From positions 58,655 to 122,654 of the forward strand of contig JAQVWF010000003.1 of NCBI GenBank assembly GCA_028698615.1: 64,000 bases of DNA. Direction: 5' to 3'. Made by a program: the position numbers and the translations under genes. The number at the start of each line of letters is the position of its first letter. The stretch's first letter is position 1. Of this stretch, positions 19,387 through 28,786 are shown piece by piece. The notes beneath the pieces were generated by a model. The model had not been told where the DNA came from. It saw only the letters and a program-made list of their open reading frames with translations, and searched no databases. The stretch is from Syntrophorhabdaceae bacterium. Lineage in GTDB: Bacteria; Desulfobacterota; Syntrophorhabdia; Syntrophorhabdales; Syntrophorhabdaceae.

Positions 19387-20838
19387 AGCAAACTGCATCT
19401 GGATGGACCTGGCGCGCGACCTTGCAACGGTGCCCGCCTCATTGTTGGGGGCGACCTGGAGCTGCATCGAATATTGGCCGTATGCCGATTGGTAGTCACC
19501 TACCGCTTCGTAGCACTGCCCAAGGATGGCATGGATCCTCGGATGCCTCGGCACCGCCTCCGAGAAGGGTTTCAGGTAACCGATCGCATACTTGTAAGAA
19601 CGCGTCTTGTAGTAGTTCATTCCCATGAAATAATTCGATGCCGGGTCCTGCGGGAAAAGCCGCAGGCTCCTCTGGAGGTACTGCACGCTTTCCGAATGCC
19701 TGTTGGCGGCATACCTGATAACGCCTATTCCCCGAAGCGCGGGCTGATAGTTGCCGTCGATGCTCAGGGCCTTTGAAAAATAGCGTTCCGCCTCAGGAAG
19801 GTTGTTCTGTTTCACGAGAATGCTGCCATAGAGCGCATAGAACGGGGCCTGTCGGGGATCCTGGGCGATAGCCTGACTGATGTAGGACATGGCCTCCCGG
19901 GTATTGTTCTTCTCCAGGGAGCGGACAGCCTTGTCATAATATTTCGCATACACCGTGTTGACGCGGCGAATGTTCGCAACGGCCCCCTGGAAGCGCTGCC
20001 GTGCCGTGCCATCCCCCAGGACGACCGTTCGGGGCGTCTGGTTGATAATGCCCTGTATCTCCTCGAGACGGATGGATGTTCGGGGGTGGGAGGAAAGAAG
20101 GTCGCTGAAGAAGTTGCTTTCCTGCCTGCTCTGACCGATGGAGAGAGCGTACTGGTCGGAGACCTTCTCCAGGTTCCTGTGAGCGGTGAGGGCGGCCCTG
20201 GGGTCATAGCCCAGCCTGGTCATGTACGACACGCCAAGCCTGTCCGCCTCGAGTTCATCGTTCCTGCTGAACTTGAGAAGGATAAGTCCGGCACCCGCCG
20301 ATCCCAGCGCGAGCGCCGCATCGGAATACTCCGAACCCGCCATCGCAATGCCGGCGCCGGCGAGAAGGAACTGACCGAGCATACCGTATGTCATCTGTCT
20401 TGCTGAATGGCGCGCTGAAACATGGCCCATCTCGTGTCCCATGACATAGGCGAATTCCGCCTCGTTGTCGAGCGCCGTGAGAAGGCCCCGTGTCATCACG
20501 ACATGTCCCGGTATGGCCCAGGCATTGGGCACCGAGGAATTCTGAACGGCAAAGTCGACAGGGAGGTTGGGCCTGTGCGACACCCGGTGGATATTCACCA
20601 CGACGCTCGTCAGGTAAGATTTCAGCGCCGCGTCCCTGTATTCGCCTCCCCCGCCCTCTCCGCTCCACAGGGCATTGGGATAAAGCTCTTTGCCGAGTTG
20701 TATCTCCTGCTCCTCGGAAACGAACATCAGTTCCTGCTCGCCCGTTACGGGATTGATGGCGCAGCCGGCGGCGGCAAGGACAAGGACCGCCAGAAGAAGT
20801 ATGTAAAAAAGAGACCTGCGGTATGATGCCTTCGTCAT
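19375..20838 (-). CDS. M48 family zinc metalloprotease lipoprotein with C-terminal TPR repeats
   Basis: Lipobox LAAAGC, HEMGH zinc motif, C-terminal TPR-like repeats. Confidence 0.8.
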   Translation of the reverse strand: MTKASYRRSLFYILLLAVLVLAAAGCAINPVTGEQELMFVSEEQEIQLGKELYPNALWSGEGGGGEYRDAALKSYLTSVVVNIHRVSHRPNLPVDFAVQNSSVPNAWAIPGHVVMTRGLLTALDNEAEFAYVMGHEMGHVSARHSARQMTYGMLGQFLLAGAGIAMAGSEYSDAALALGSAGAGLILLKFSRNDELEADRLGVSYMTRLGYDPRAALTAHRNLEKVSDQYALSIGQSRQESNFFSDLLSSHPRTSIRLEEIQGIINQTPRTVVLGDGTARQRFQGAVANIRRVNTVYAKYYDKAVRSLEKNNTREAMSYISQAIAQDPRQAPFYALYGSILVKQNNLPEAERYFSKALSIDGNYQPALRGIGVIRYAANRHSESVQYLQRSLRLFPQDPASNYFMGMNYYKTRSYKYAIGYLKPFSEAVPRHPRIHAILGQCYEAVGDYQSAYGQYSMQLQVAPNNEAGTVARSRARSIQMQFAPKK

Positions 20839-20975
20839 GATGATGCCCCTTTCTCGGTAATATACCTTAATTTTGATCTTCCCGGCATACCTTTGTCAAG
20901 GAGAGGAAATAGCTTGACAGTGCAACACGGGGAAAGCGTAAAATAGAACAACATGAACACATACCGCAAGGCCCT

Positions 20976-21599
20976 ATGAGTATGGGCATCGAACCCTCAA
21001 AGGTCGTGGCCGTCGGGCTCAATTACAGGGACCACGCCAGGGAACTGAAGATGGAGATTCCCGATTATCCGCTCATCTTCCTGAAGCCGTCCACATCGGT
21101 CATCGGTGACGGGGACACCATTCTGTACCCAACCCAGTCTCAGGAACTCCATTACGAAGGAGAACTCGGCATCGTCATGGCTGCACAGGCAAGGAACGTC
21201 ACCGTCGGCGAGGCACGCAGTTTCATTGCCGGATTCACCTGTGCCAACGACGTCACCGCCAGGGACCTGCAGCGAATGGACGGTCAATGGACAAGGGCGA
21301 AATCCTTCGATACCTTCTGTCCCCTCGGGCCGCGGATCGTCGGGGACGTGGACCCGGCTGCCCTCGGGATCATGACGCGCGTAAACGGCGAGATCAGGCA
21401 GCAGTCGACAACGGCCAACATGATCTTCAATGTCTATGACCTGGTTTCCTTCATCTCGGGGATAATGACCCTTCTCCCCGGAGATGTGATAATCACGGGA
21501 ACGCCTCCCGGTGTCGGCCCTCTTTTCCCCGGTGACACCGTTGAAGTGGAGATCGAAGGCATAGGCATCCTGAAGAACACGGTCATGGCCATGCCGTGA
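20976..21599 (+). CDS. fumarylacetoacetate hydrolase family protein
   Basis: GLNYRDHA, HYEGELG, CANDVTARD and GDVIITGTPPGVG motifs. Confidence 0.85.
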   Translation: MSMGIEPSKVVAVGLNYRDHARELKMEIPDYPLIFLKPSTSVIGDGDTILYPTQSQELHYEGELGIVMAAQARNVTVGEARSFIAGFTCANDVTARDLQRMDGQWTRAKSFDTFCPLGPRIVGDVDPAALGIMTRVNGEIRQQSTTANMIFNVYDLVSFISGIMTLLPGDVIITGTPPGVGPLFPGDTVEVEIEGIGILKNTVMAMP

Positions 21600-21649
21600 A
21601 TAATTCTGATCACCGGGCATGCCGGGATCGGTAAACCTAAGGAGTCACC

Positions 21650-21979
21650 ATGGACAACATTGTATTTGACGATTTCATCAAGATCGATCTCAGAGTGGCC
21701 GAGATCAAGGCCTGTGAAGATATCGAGGGGGCGGACAAGCTCTACAAACTGACCATCGACATGGGTGAAGAGCGTCTCATTGCCGCCGGGATCAAACAAC
21801 ACTATACGAAGGAAGAGCTCATCGGGAAAAAGATAGCCGTTGTGGCCAATCTCGAGCCCCGCAAGCTCAGGGGCATCATGTCCCACGGGATGCTGCTCGC
21901 CGCTTCCAATGAGGATAAGTCTTCCATCGTTCTCCTGACACTGGACAAGGACATACCAAACGGCAGTAAGATATCCTGA
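21650..21979 (+). CDS. tRNA-binding domain protein (CsaA/Trbp111-like)
   Basis: IDLRVAEIKACEDIEGADKLYKLTIDMG...VVANLEPRKLRGIMSHGMLLAA OB-fold. Confidence 0.8.
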   Translation: MDNIVFDDFIKIDLRVAEIKACEDIEGADKLYKLTIDMGEERLIAAGIKQHYTKEELIGKKIAVVANLEPRKLRGIMSHGMLLAASNEDKSSIVLLTLDKDIPNGSKIS

Positions 21980-21985
21980 CAGGGG

Positions 21986-23587
21986 ATGATCCAGTACATC
22001 TTTACTTTCCTGGCTGGCGTCGCCCTTTTCCTCCTGGGCATGCTCAAACTGAGCGAGCAGATGCAGCGGGTGTTCAGTTCCCGGATTCGGGAGTATATCC
22101 GTTTTTCTGTCAGGAAACCTTTTTACGGGCTCGTCATGGGGCTCGTCACCACCATTCTCTTTCAGAGCAGCTCGGCGACGACGCTTCTCACAATGGGGCT
22201 CGTAAGCGCGGGGCTCGTAAGTTTCTATCATTCTCTGGGTATCTTGCTCGGCGCCGACATCGGGACGACAGTCACCATACAGCTCGTCGTCTGGAAAGTC
22301 ACGGACATATCGCCCCTTTTCCTCTTCGGTGGGATCATCCTTTATTTTGCCGGCAAAGACCGTGTCAGAACCATCGGTGAGGCCCTTCTCTATTTCGGCA
22401 CCATATTCTACGGACTGAGCCTCATCGGCGACGCTGCGGCACCACTCAAGGAAAGCCCCGCCTTCACCCGGTATTTCCTCTCGACGATGTACCCCTTGAC
22501 GGGTCTTCTTATAGGTCTCGTCTTTACGGGGATCGTTCAGGCATCGGCAATCCCCATCAGCATGCTTGTCATACTGGGCATGCAGGGACTCATATCCATA
22601 GACAACGCCATCCCGATAGTCATCGGCGCGAACATCGGCACCACGGCGACGGTTCTCATCGGCAGCGTGGCAAGCGATGTCAACGGCAGGCGGACGGCAC
22701 TCGCACATTTCGTTTTCAAGTGTGTCGGCGGCCTCGTGTGCATGGTGTTCCTGTCCCCATTCATTGCGCTGCTGAAAACGGCTGCGTCGACCATCGCCCA
22801 GCAGGTGGCTTTGGGCCATGTCCTTTTCAATTTTATCATCGCGGCCCTCTTTATCTTTTTCCTCACCCCCTTTTCAAAGGCCATCCGCAGGATCCTCCCC
22901 GGAGAGCACGGCATCATCCCCATGTGGCCGGAGTACCTCGACACAAAACATCTTGGTAATCCGGACAAGGCCCTTGTCTGCGTCAGAGATGAATTGAAGC
23001 GACAGATCGCGCTGGCGCAGAGGATGCTTCGGGAATCGCTGGAACTCTTTGTGGCCTACCGGAGGAACCAGCAGCAGAACCTCATGTACATGGAGCTTGT
23101 CATGGACAACCTGCAGGCCGAGATAACAAAATATTTGTGGGGCATATCCTCCCGCGCTCTTTCTCAGCCGCTGACAAAAAAGCTCTTTGCCTTCTCATCC
23201 TTTGCCTACGATATTGAGCGCATGGGAGACCGTTCCGTCAATCTCGGCGAACTGGCGGAACAGAAGTCCAAGCGAAGAGCCCACTTCACCCCGGCCGCAA
23301 ATGAGGAGCTTCGCGACATAGGGATGCTCGTCCTCGAAAACCTGGCCGATACCGCCAGGCTCGTCGAGAAGAAAGACATTCAGCTGATACGCGTCATAGT
23401 CGAACGGGAGCGTAGAATAGATGTGAAGATAAAGAAGGCCATCGCCAACCACCTCGACCGGTTCTACCAAAAGCTCTGCATAGCCGAGGCCGGACCCATA
23501 TACGTGGACGTCCTCGTCAACCTGGAACACATATCGGACCACTGCCGCGTCATCGCCCAGCTCACGAATGAATTGGAAGAAGAATAG
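21986..23587 (+). CDS. Na/Pi cotransporter family protein with PhoU-like C-terminal domain
   Basis: Duplicated QSSSATT / GANIGTT transporter motifs and a helical PhoU-like tail. Confidence 0.85.
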   Translation: MIQYIFTFLAGVALFLLGMLKLSEQMQRVFSSRIREYIRFSVRKPFYGLVMGLVTTILFQSSSATTLLTMGLVSAGLVSFYHSLGILLGADIGTTVTIQLVVWKVTDISPLFLFGGIILYFAGKDRVRTIGEALLYFGTIFYGLSLIGDAAAPLKESPAFTRYFLSTMYPLTGLLIGLVFTGIVQASAIPISMLVILGMQGLISIDNAIPIVIGANIGTTATVLIGSVASDVNGRRTALAHFVFKCVGGLVCMVFLSPFIALLKTAASTIAQQVALGHVLFNFIIAALFIFFLTPFSKAIRRILPGEHGIIPMWPEYLDTKHLGNPDKALVCVRDELKRQIALAQRMLRESLELFVAYRRNQQQNLMYMELVMDNLQAEITKYLWGISSRALSQPLTKKLFAFSSFAYDIERMGDRSVNLGELAEQKSKRRAHFTPAANEELRDIGMLVLENLADTARLVEKKDIQLIRVIVERERRIDVKIKKAIANHLDRFYQKLCIAEAGPIYVDVLVNLEHISDHCRVIAQLTNELEEE

Positions 23588-23641
23588 AAGATAATAATCC
23601 TTTCCGGTTGTGGTATAATCAGAAAAAATAAGGAGGGCATC

Positions 23642-23845
23642 ATGGCTGAAGCGAAATTAACGATAGACGGCATGAGCTGCCAGCATTGCGTTATGGCGGT
23701 CAAGAAGGCCCTCGGTGCCGTCGCCGGGGTTGACTCGAGCGATGTGCAGATTGGAAGCGCCGTGGTCAAATACGATGAAGCCAGGGCGAGTCAGAAGGAT
23801 CTCGAAGCGGCCGTCGAGAAGGCGGGCTTCTCCGTGAAACGCTGA
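23642..23845 (+). CDS. copZ: heavy-metal-associated (CopZ-like) metallochaperone
   Basis: GMSCQHCV MxCxxC motif, 67 aa. AAGGAGG RBS and an extended -10 TGGTATAAT at 23611-23619. Confidence 0.8.
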   Translation: MAEAKLTIDGMSCQHCVMAVKKALGAVAGVDSSDVQIGSAVVKYDEARASQKDLEAAVEKAGFSVKR

Positions 23846-23883
23846 AGGAAAAGAACACCCCGAGGGAATGAACATACCCCGTT

Positions 23884-24951
23884 ATGGATGAGCTGATCAA
23901 GGCGATCGACAGCGCCCAGGACCTTGAAAAAAGAGTGGAGTATTACTTCACCCTCACGGGTGACGAGAGGGTTTCCCTGCTCAAGGGCCTGGCAGGCGGG
24001 AAGAGCCCGGAGACCGGCGTTTTTCTCAACGCCATCTACCCTCAGGAGACCGGCAAAGAGGTCCGCAAACTGATCCGCAAGGCAATATTCCGTCTGAGAT
24101 CCTCAGGCGTAAAGGTGGAGGAACCCGTCGCACAGGGCACACCGGTCCTCAGAAAGGTCGAGGAGGTGCGCTTCAACAGGGGCTTCCTGACAAACTTCGA
24201 CCATACCCTATCCCGGATCGTCATGGCCGCCTACGAGATCAAGAAGAACACCTTCGTTTTTCTCAATGGTGATATCCATTTCAGCGAAGGTCTCCGCGAG
24301 CTCATGAGCTCGCCCGTGGACAAAAAATCTCTCGAGGAGATCATAGCGGCTTACAGGAACAATGCGAAAGAGCCGGCCTTCCTCATGGAGATATCTCCCG
24401 CCTATGCCGCATTTATCGTGGAGGAAGGATCGAGGCTGTCGGGGCGCTTCACCGACGCGATGGGATCGCTCAGGTCCTTTGTCGCTCATTTGAAGGATAC
24501 CGTTCACAGACCCGACGACATCTATTCCCTCCCCGTGGCAGATGACGTCGCTGCCCTGTCGCTGGAGGATATTCTCACCCACGAAATGTTCGTGCCTTTC
24601 TCCCTGTCCTGGGGAAGTATCGAAGAAGACCGCGCAACCTATCTTTCAACGGGAGGGTCCACGATCGTTCTGCCGCAGCGCATGACCGAAGACAGGCAGG
24701 ACAAGTTCCTCAGAGACCTCATCGGACACCACGAAATCACATCGCAGATACCCTTTCTCAAGCGCATGCTTGAGGACTACGCCTATTTCTTTCATGTCAT
24801 GGGCGATCATGCCCGCTACCGGGGAACGATCTCGATCCTTCAGGACGGGGCGGCCCTTGACGACGTCCTTTTCTTTTTCCTGAGGAAAAGCCTCCATACC
24901 CCCCAGGAGAAACCGGCCGAAGGGAGCATCATCCTCAATCCCTATGGCTAG
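23884..24951 (+). CDS. hypothetical protein (355 aa)
   Basis: Long ORF with protein-like composition. Its 3' end overlaps the rlmE start by 8 nt. No family recognised. Confidence 0.6.
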   Translation: MDELIKAIDSAQDLEKRVEYYFTLTGDERVSLLKGLAGGKSPETGVFLNAIYPQETGKEVRKLIRKAIFRLRSSGVKVEEPVAQGTPVLRKVEEVRFNRGFLTNFDHTLSRIVMAAYEIKKNTFVFLNGDIHFSEGLRELMSSPVDKKSLEEIIAAYRNNAKEPAFLMEISPAYAAFIVEEGSRLSGRFTDAMGSLRSFVAHLKDTVHRPDDIYSLPVADDVAALSLEDILTHEMFVPFSLSWGSIEEDRATYLSTGGSTIVLPQRMTEDRQDKFLRDLIGHHEITSQIPFLKRMLEDYAYFFHVMGDHARYRGTISILQDGAALDDVLFFFLRKSLHTPQEKPAEGSIILNPYG

Positions 24952-25537
24952 GTTCATCCTTAAAGACCCATTCTACAAGAAGGCGAAGCAGGAAGGCTTT
25001 CGGGCAAGAAGCGCCTACAAGCTCAAGGAGATCGAGAACAAGTTCCATCTCATCAAGAAGGGGGATACCGTCCTCGACCTGGGCTGTTCGCCGGGAAGTT
25101 TTCTCCAGGTCCTGGCCGAGATGGTCGGCGAAAAGGGAACCGTCATCGGCATCGACATCCTGCCCACACCGCCCCTCCCCCGGAAGAACGTCACCGCCGT
25201 CGAGGCGGACATACGCGAAACGAACATACAGGACCTTCTTGCCAGGTCCTCCATGGGGGCCGTCGATACAGTCACCTGCGACATCGCTCCCAACCTGTCC
25301 GGCGTGCGTGAGGTGGACGACGCGCGCATAGAAGAACTTTTCGCCTCCGTCCTCAAGGCCGTCGACGAGGGACTAAAGCCCGGGGGCCATTTTGTTATCA
25401 AATCCTTCTCAACCAGTGTTCAGAAAGGCATCGCGGCGGCTCTCGAGAAACGCTTCCGCAAGGTATCACAGTTCAAGCCCGCCGCCTCACGAAGCGTAAG
25501 CTCGGAAGTGTTCTTCATATGCACCGGGAAGAAATGA
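24944..25537 (+). CDS. rlmE: 23S rRNA (uridine-2'-O)-methyltransferase RlmE/FtsJ
   Basis: RSAYKLKEI...VLDLGCSPGSF...DIAPN SAM-methyltransferase motifs. Confidence 0.9.
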   Translation: MARFILKDPFYKKAKQEGFRARSAYKLKEIENKFHLIKKGDTVLDLGCSPGSFLQVLAEMVGEKGTVIGIDILPTPPLPRKNVTAVEADIRETNIQDLLARSSMGAVDTVTCDIAPNLSGVREVDDARIEELFASVLKAVDEGLKPGGHFVIKSFSTSVQKGIAAALEKRFRKVSQFKPAASRSVSSEVFFICTGKK

Positions 25538-25555
25538 AGGAATAACCAAAAAAAC

Positions 25556-25630
25556 CACCCTGTCCTCCAGTTCGCTCGTTGGTCATTGTCTTCCTTATTT
25601 GGTTATTGAAATTTGGTCATTGGTTATTAT
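25556..25630. repeat. TTGGTCA/TTGGTTA heptamer-type repeat, copy 1
   Basis: CCACCCTGTCCTCCAGTTCGCTCGTTGGTCATTG...GAAATTTGGTCATTGGTTATTAT aligns with 28368-28427 apart from a 19-nt insertion. Overlaps the stop and last codons of the aas-like gene. Confidence 0.55.
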
Positions 25631-27781
25631 CTTCTCTATTGTCACATAATCCGGCTTGCCTGTTCCGAGCTTCGGCAGTTCCTTCATGTAGATGATATCA
25701 CGGGGGAAGGCCAGGTCTGAATGGCCTTTTTCGCGAAGGGCATCGCGGACGCTCTTAAGGTCTGCGTCCCTGGCGTTCGTCACGAGGACAAGCCGCTCTC
25801 CCTTGCGCTCGTCGGCGACGGCCATGACGGCAAGTTCCCCTCGCTCGCCGAATATGCCGGCAAGGGCCTCCTCTATGGCCGTAAGGGATATCATCTCGCC
25901 GCCTATTTTGGAGAAGCGCTTGAGCCTCCCCACAATCGTCACAAAACCGCTGTCGTCCACCTCCACGATGTCGCCCGTGTCGTACCAGCCGCCGTCCTCC
26001 ACAAGGTACTTGTGGTTCGCGGCCTCGTTGTGGAGATACCCCATCATGACGTTCCTGCCCTTCACGAAGAGACGACCCGTATGCCCCTCTTTGGAATCTA
26101 TTCCCTCGACGGGAACCACCTTGTATTCAAGACCGGGAAGCACCTTACCGACACTGCCATGCTTATTCTCGAGGGCGCTGTTCATGCAGACGATGGGCGC
26201 GCATTCCGTGGCGCCATAACCGGACATTACCCGTATGCCGAAGACCTTTGCGTAACGTTCGAAGACCGCCTCGCTCAACGCCTCGGCTCCGCAGAATACG
26301 TAGCGCATGCTGTAAAAATCGTAAGGGTGCGCCCTTCGGGAGTAGCCGTTGAGGAAGATGTTCGTTCCCACAAGGATGGTGCATCCTTCCTCGTAGGCGA
26401 TCTCGGGGACGATGCGGTAATGGAGCGGGCTTACATACAGGAAGGAGCGTGCTCCCGCGAAAAGGGGCAGGAAGACCCCGATCGTGAGTCCGAAACTGTG
26501 GAATACGGGGAGAGCATTAAGGAAATAATCGTTGGCACCCACATCTATGCATGAGAGGGCCTGCCATATGTTGGCTATGATGTTCTCGTGGGACAGGCAC
26601 ACGCCTTTCGGCACGCCTTCCGATCCCGAGGTGAAAAGAATAGCGGCCGTTCGACCATGCTCTTCGCGCGACATCCGTGCAAGCCTGCCGGGAAAGAAGG
26701 CCCTCGTCAGCGCCCGAACTTTGTCGCCCGTACCGATCGTCTGCTTCAGGTCCTCGAGATAGACGATACGGGCGCCCTCGAAGAGGCCGGGATCGATCTT
26801 CACTCGTTCGAGGAATGTCCGGGACGTGACAATAGTCTTGCAGCCGGCAAGGTCCATCGCATGCCGCAAGGCTTTTGGACCGCTGGAATAGTTAAGAAGG
26901 ACGGGAACCTTTCGGAACGCCAGAAGTCCATAGATGACGAGCGCCGTGGCCACAAGGTTGGGCAGAAGAACGCCTGTGTTCTCTCCCTCATGGAATGAAA
27001 GCTTCTCTCCCAGGATAAGCCCTCCCACAAGGGCCTTGCGATAGCTCACTTCGACCCCCGTCGCATCCTTGAAGAACGGTTTCGAACCCCTTTTTTTGCA
27101 GATGCGGATGAACTCACGGCCAAGCGTGGAAGGCCGGTAGTGTGCCTGGTAGAACATCTCGCAGAGCATCCCATAGATCGCCCGCGCCGCCTCGCGTTTC
27201 CTGTCGTGCGGCTGGAAGCGGTCGAGGTCGATGGAAGGGCGCATCGCGCCTATGGTCAGGGTTATGGGGGCAAATATCTTCCTCCCCGGGCGTTTTTTTG
27301 CAAAGATGGTCTCGTAGGTGTTGCCGAGGTGCACGGGGAGGATATTCGCTCCTGTTTTGTATGCGACAAAACCGGCGCCTTCATAGATCTTCATGAGGTT
27401 GCCCGTCCTTGTGACGCGTCCTTCAGGAAAAACGAGGAGCGCCGCGCCACGGTTAACCTCGTCGATGATCCCCTTAAGGGAATAGGGATTAAGGGTGTCG
27501 ATCTGCACCGTATAGCTGTTCTGCATAAAGGGCCGCAGCAGCAGTTCCCGTGCCCTTCCCCGGTTGACAAGGATCTTGAGGTCCACATCGATATAGGTCC
27601 AGAGGATGATGCCGTCGAGCAGGCTGGCATGGTTCGATATGACGATAAGCTTGTCGAAACCGCGGGGAAGGTTTTCGCGTCCTTCGACCTTGATCCTGTG
27701 GACAACGCTGAAATAAGTCTTGAATATGGCCCGCGCGCTCTTCTCGAAGACCGCCCTTAAGAAACTGCGTTCCCTGTTCAT
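25595..27781 (-). CDS. bifunctional acyltransferase / acyl-ACP (AMP-forming) synthetase, Aas-like
   Basis: N-terminal PlsC-type domain (ISNHASLLDG, FPEGRVTRTG) and a C-terminal AMP-binding domain (ILFTSGSEGVPKGV, YGATE, GWYDTGD). Confidence 0.8.
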   Translation of the reverse strand: MNRERSFLRAVFEKSARAIFKTYFSVVHRIKVEGRENLPRGFDKLIVISNHASLLDGIILWTYIDVDLKILVNRGRARELLLRPFMQNSYTVQIDTLNPYSLKGIIDEVNRGAALLVFPEGRVTRTGNLMKIYEGAGFVAYKTGANILPVHLGNTYETIFAKKRPGRKIFAPITLTIGAMRPSIDLDRFQPHDRKREAARAIYGMLCEMFYQAHYRPSTLGREFIRICKKRGSKPFFKDATGVEVSYRKALVGGLILGEKLSFHEGENTGVLLPNLVATALVIYGLLAFRKVPVLLNYSSGPKALRHAMDLAGCKTIVTSRTFLERVKIDPGLFEGARIVYLEDLKQTIGTGDKVRALTRAFFPGRLARMSREEHGRTAAILFTSGSEGVPKGVCLSHENIIANIWQALSCIDVGANDYFLNALPVFHSFGLTIGVFLPLFAGARSFLYVSPLHYRIVPEIAYEEGCTILVGTNIFLNGYSRRAHPYDFYSMRYVFCGAEALSEAVFERYAKVFGIRVMSGYGATECAPIVCMNSALENKHGSVGKVLPGLEYKVVPVEGIDSKEGHTGRLFVKGRNVMMGYLHNEAANHKYLVEDGGWYDTGDIVEVDDSGFVTIVGRLKRFSKIGGEMISLTAIEEALAGIFGERGELAVMAVADERKGERLVLVTNARDADLKSVRDALREKGHSDLAFPRDIIYMKELPKLGTGKPDYVTIEKIITNDQISITK

Positions 27782-28275
27782 CTCTCTCCCCCGCCCCGGG
27801 GCATCAGCCTTTCTTTCGCGTTGCGCCGTACCTTCTCGAGTGTCCTGTTGAGCCGTCTCAGGTCCGCCTGGGATATGCCGGACATCAAGAGCCCTACCCC
27901 GTTGAGATAGCCCGGCTCCAGAAGGTTGACCGCTTTTTCGCCTTCCCCGGTCATCCTGATCATCTTCACGCGCCGGTCATTGGGGTGGGCGGAGCGCACC
28001 ACAAGGCCCGTCCTCTCGAGCCTGTCAATGATCCCCGTCATATCGGCCTTGTTGACAACCAGGCGCCTGCCCAGCGCAGCCTGCGAAAGAGCCCTTCCGT
28101 CGGAATACTTGAGCTGGACAAGGACGTTGAACTGGGCGTCGGTAAGCTTGTGCCCCTGGAAATACCTGAAGGCCGCCCTGGCGATCATGGTCCCCGTATA
28201 GATGATATTCAACAGGCTTTCATGCTCCACGGTCTCGACAGGCCGATCGAGCCCCAGTTCGTCTGTAAGACCCAT
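27778..28275 (-). CDS. MarR family transcriptional regulator
   Basis: Winged helix (LTDAQFNVLVQL...QAALGRRLVVNKADMTGIIDRLERTGLVVR...DRR). 4-nt overlap with the aas-like gene. Confidence 0.85.
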   Translation of the reverse strand: MGLTDELGLDRPVETVEHESLLNIIYTGTMIARAAFRYFQGHKLTDAQFNVLVQLKYSDGRALSQAALGRRLVVNKADMTGIIDRLERTGLVVRSAHPNDRRVKMIRMTGEGEKAVNLLEPGYLNGVGLLMSGISQADLRRLNRTLEKVRRNAKERLMPRGGGER

Positions 28276-28367
28276 AAGGACCTCCCCATTATCGTTTAGA
28301 TATGAACTGTTAGATTGTATACGGTGTTTGCCTCAGTTTGTCAAGAATTCAGAAAGAGAACAAACAA

Positions 28368-28427
28368 CCCCCTCTGTCCTGAGGTTCGTTCTTTGGTCAT
28401 TGGAATTTGGTCACTGGTAATTATCTC
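28368..28427. repeat. TTGGTCA heptamer-type repeat, copy 2
   Basis: CCCCCTCTGTCCTGAGGTTCGTTCTTTGGTCATTGGAATTTGGTCACTGGTAATTATCT, in the same orientation as copy 1. Lies in the marR / yjfB-like divergent intergenic region. Confidence 0.55.
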
Positions 28428-28475
28428 CTACTTAAGTCTTTCCCTCTCTATCCGATAAATTCCCAGGAGGACGCC

Positions 28476-28679
28476 ATGATCGATTCTGTCTCTTCTATTA
28501 TGAGTTACGTCATGAGCCGCAACGAAGCCGCCATGTCCCTCGCAAAAAGCCGTATCGAGGCCGAGGCCGCGGTCGCCCGGGTCATTCTTGAGGCCGCGAA
28601 GAACATCCAGCACATGACCCAGATCTCTTCGTCTTCCGGCTCGCCCTTTGTCGGGTCGAACATCGATATCTACGCCTGA
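28476..28679 (+). CDS. YjfB-like small protein (putative motility protein family)
   Basis: 67 aa. ATG preceded by AGGAGG. Helical A/E-rich core and a C-terminal ...PFVGSNIDIYA matching the YjfB-type ...LGxxIDI tail as I recall it. Confidence 0.55.
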   Translation: MIDSVSSIMSYVMSRNEAAMSLAKSRIEAEAAVARVILEAAKNIQHMTQISSSSGSPFVGSNIDIYA

Positions 28680-28786
28680 ACAGGCCGGACACATAACTTC
28701 TTTCTTACAACCGCAGAAACTGGTATAATTCCGTCAGTTCTGACGGGGCCGGGCGACAGCGTTTCGCGGGGCAGGAGGTCATCAGT

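Noticed and set aside
20894-20944. TTGACA hexamers in the M48 protease / FAH divergent region considered as promoters
   Set aside because: Spacing to the best -10-like hexamers is poor (19 nt or more), so I did not list them as features.
21434-22819. 461-aa ORF antisense to the Na/Pi cotransporter gene
   Set aside because: The opposite-strand gene has clear transporter repeats. This ORF is low-complexity (R/E/D/G-rich) and overlaps three real genes.
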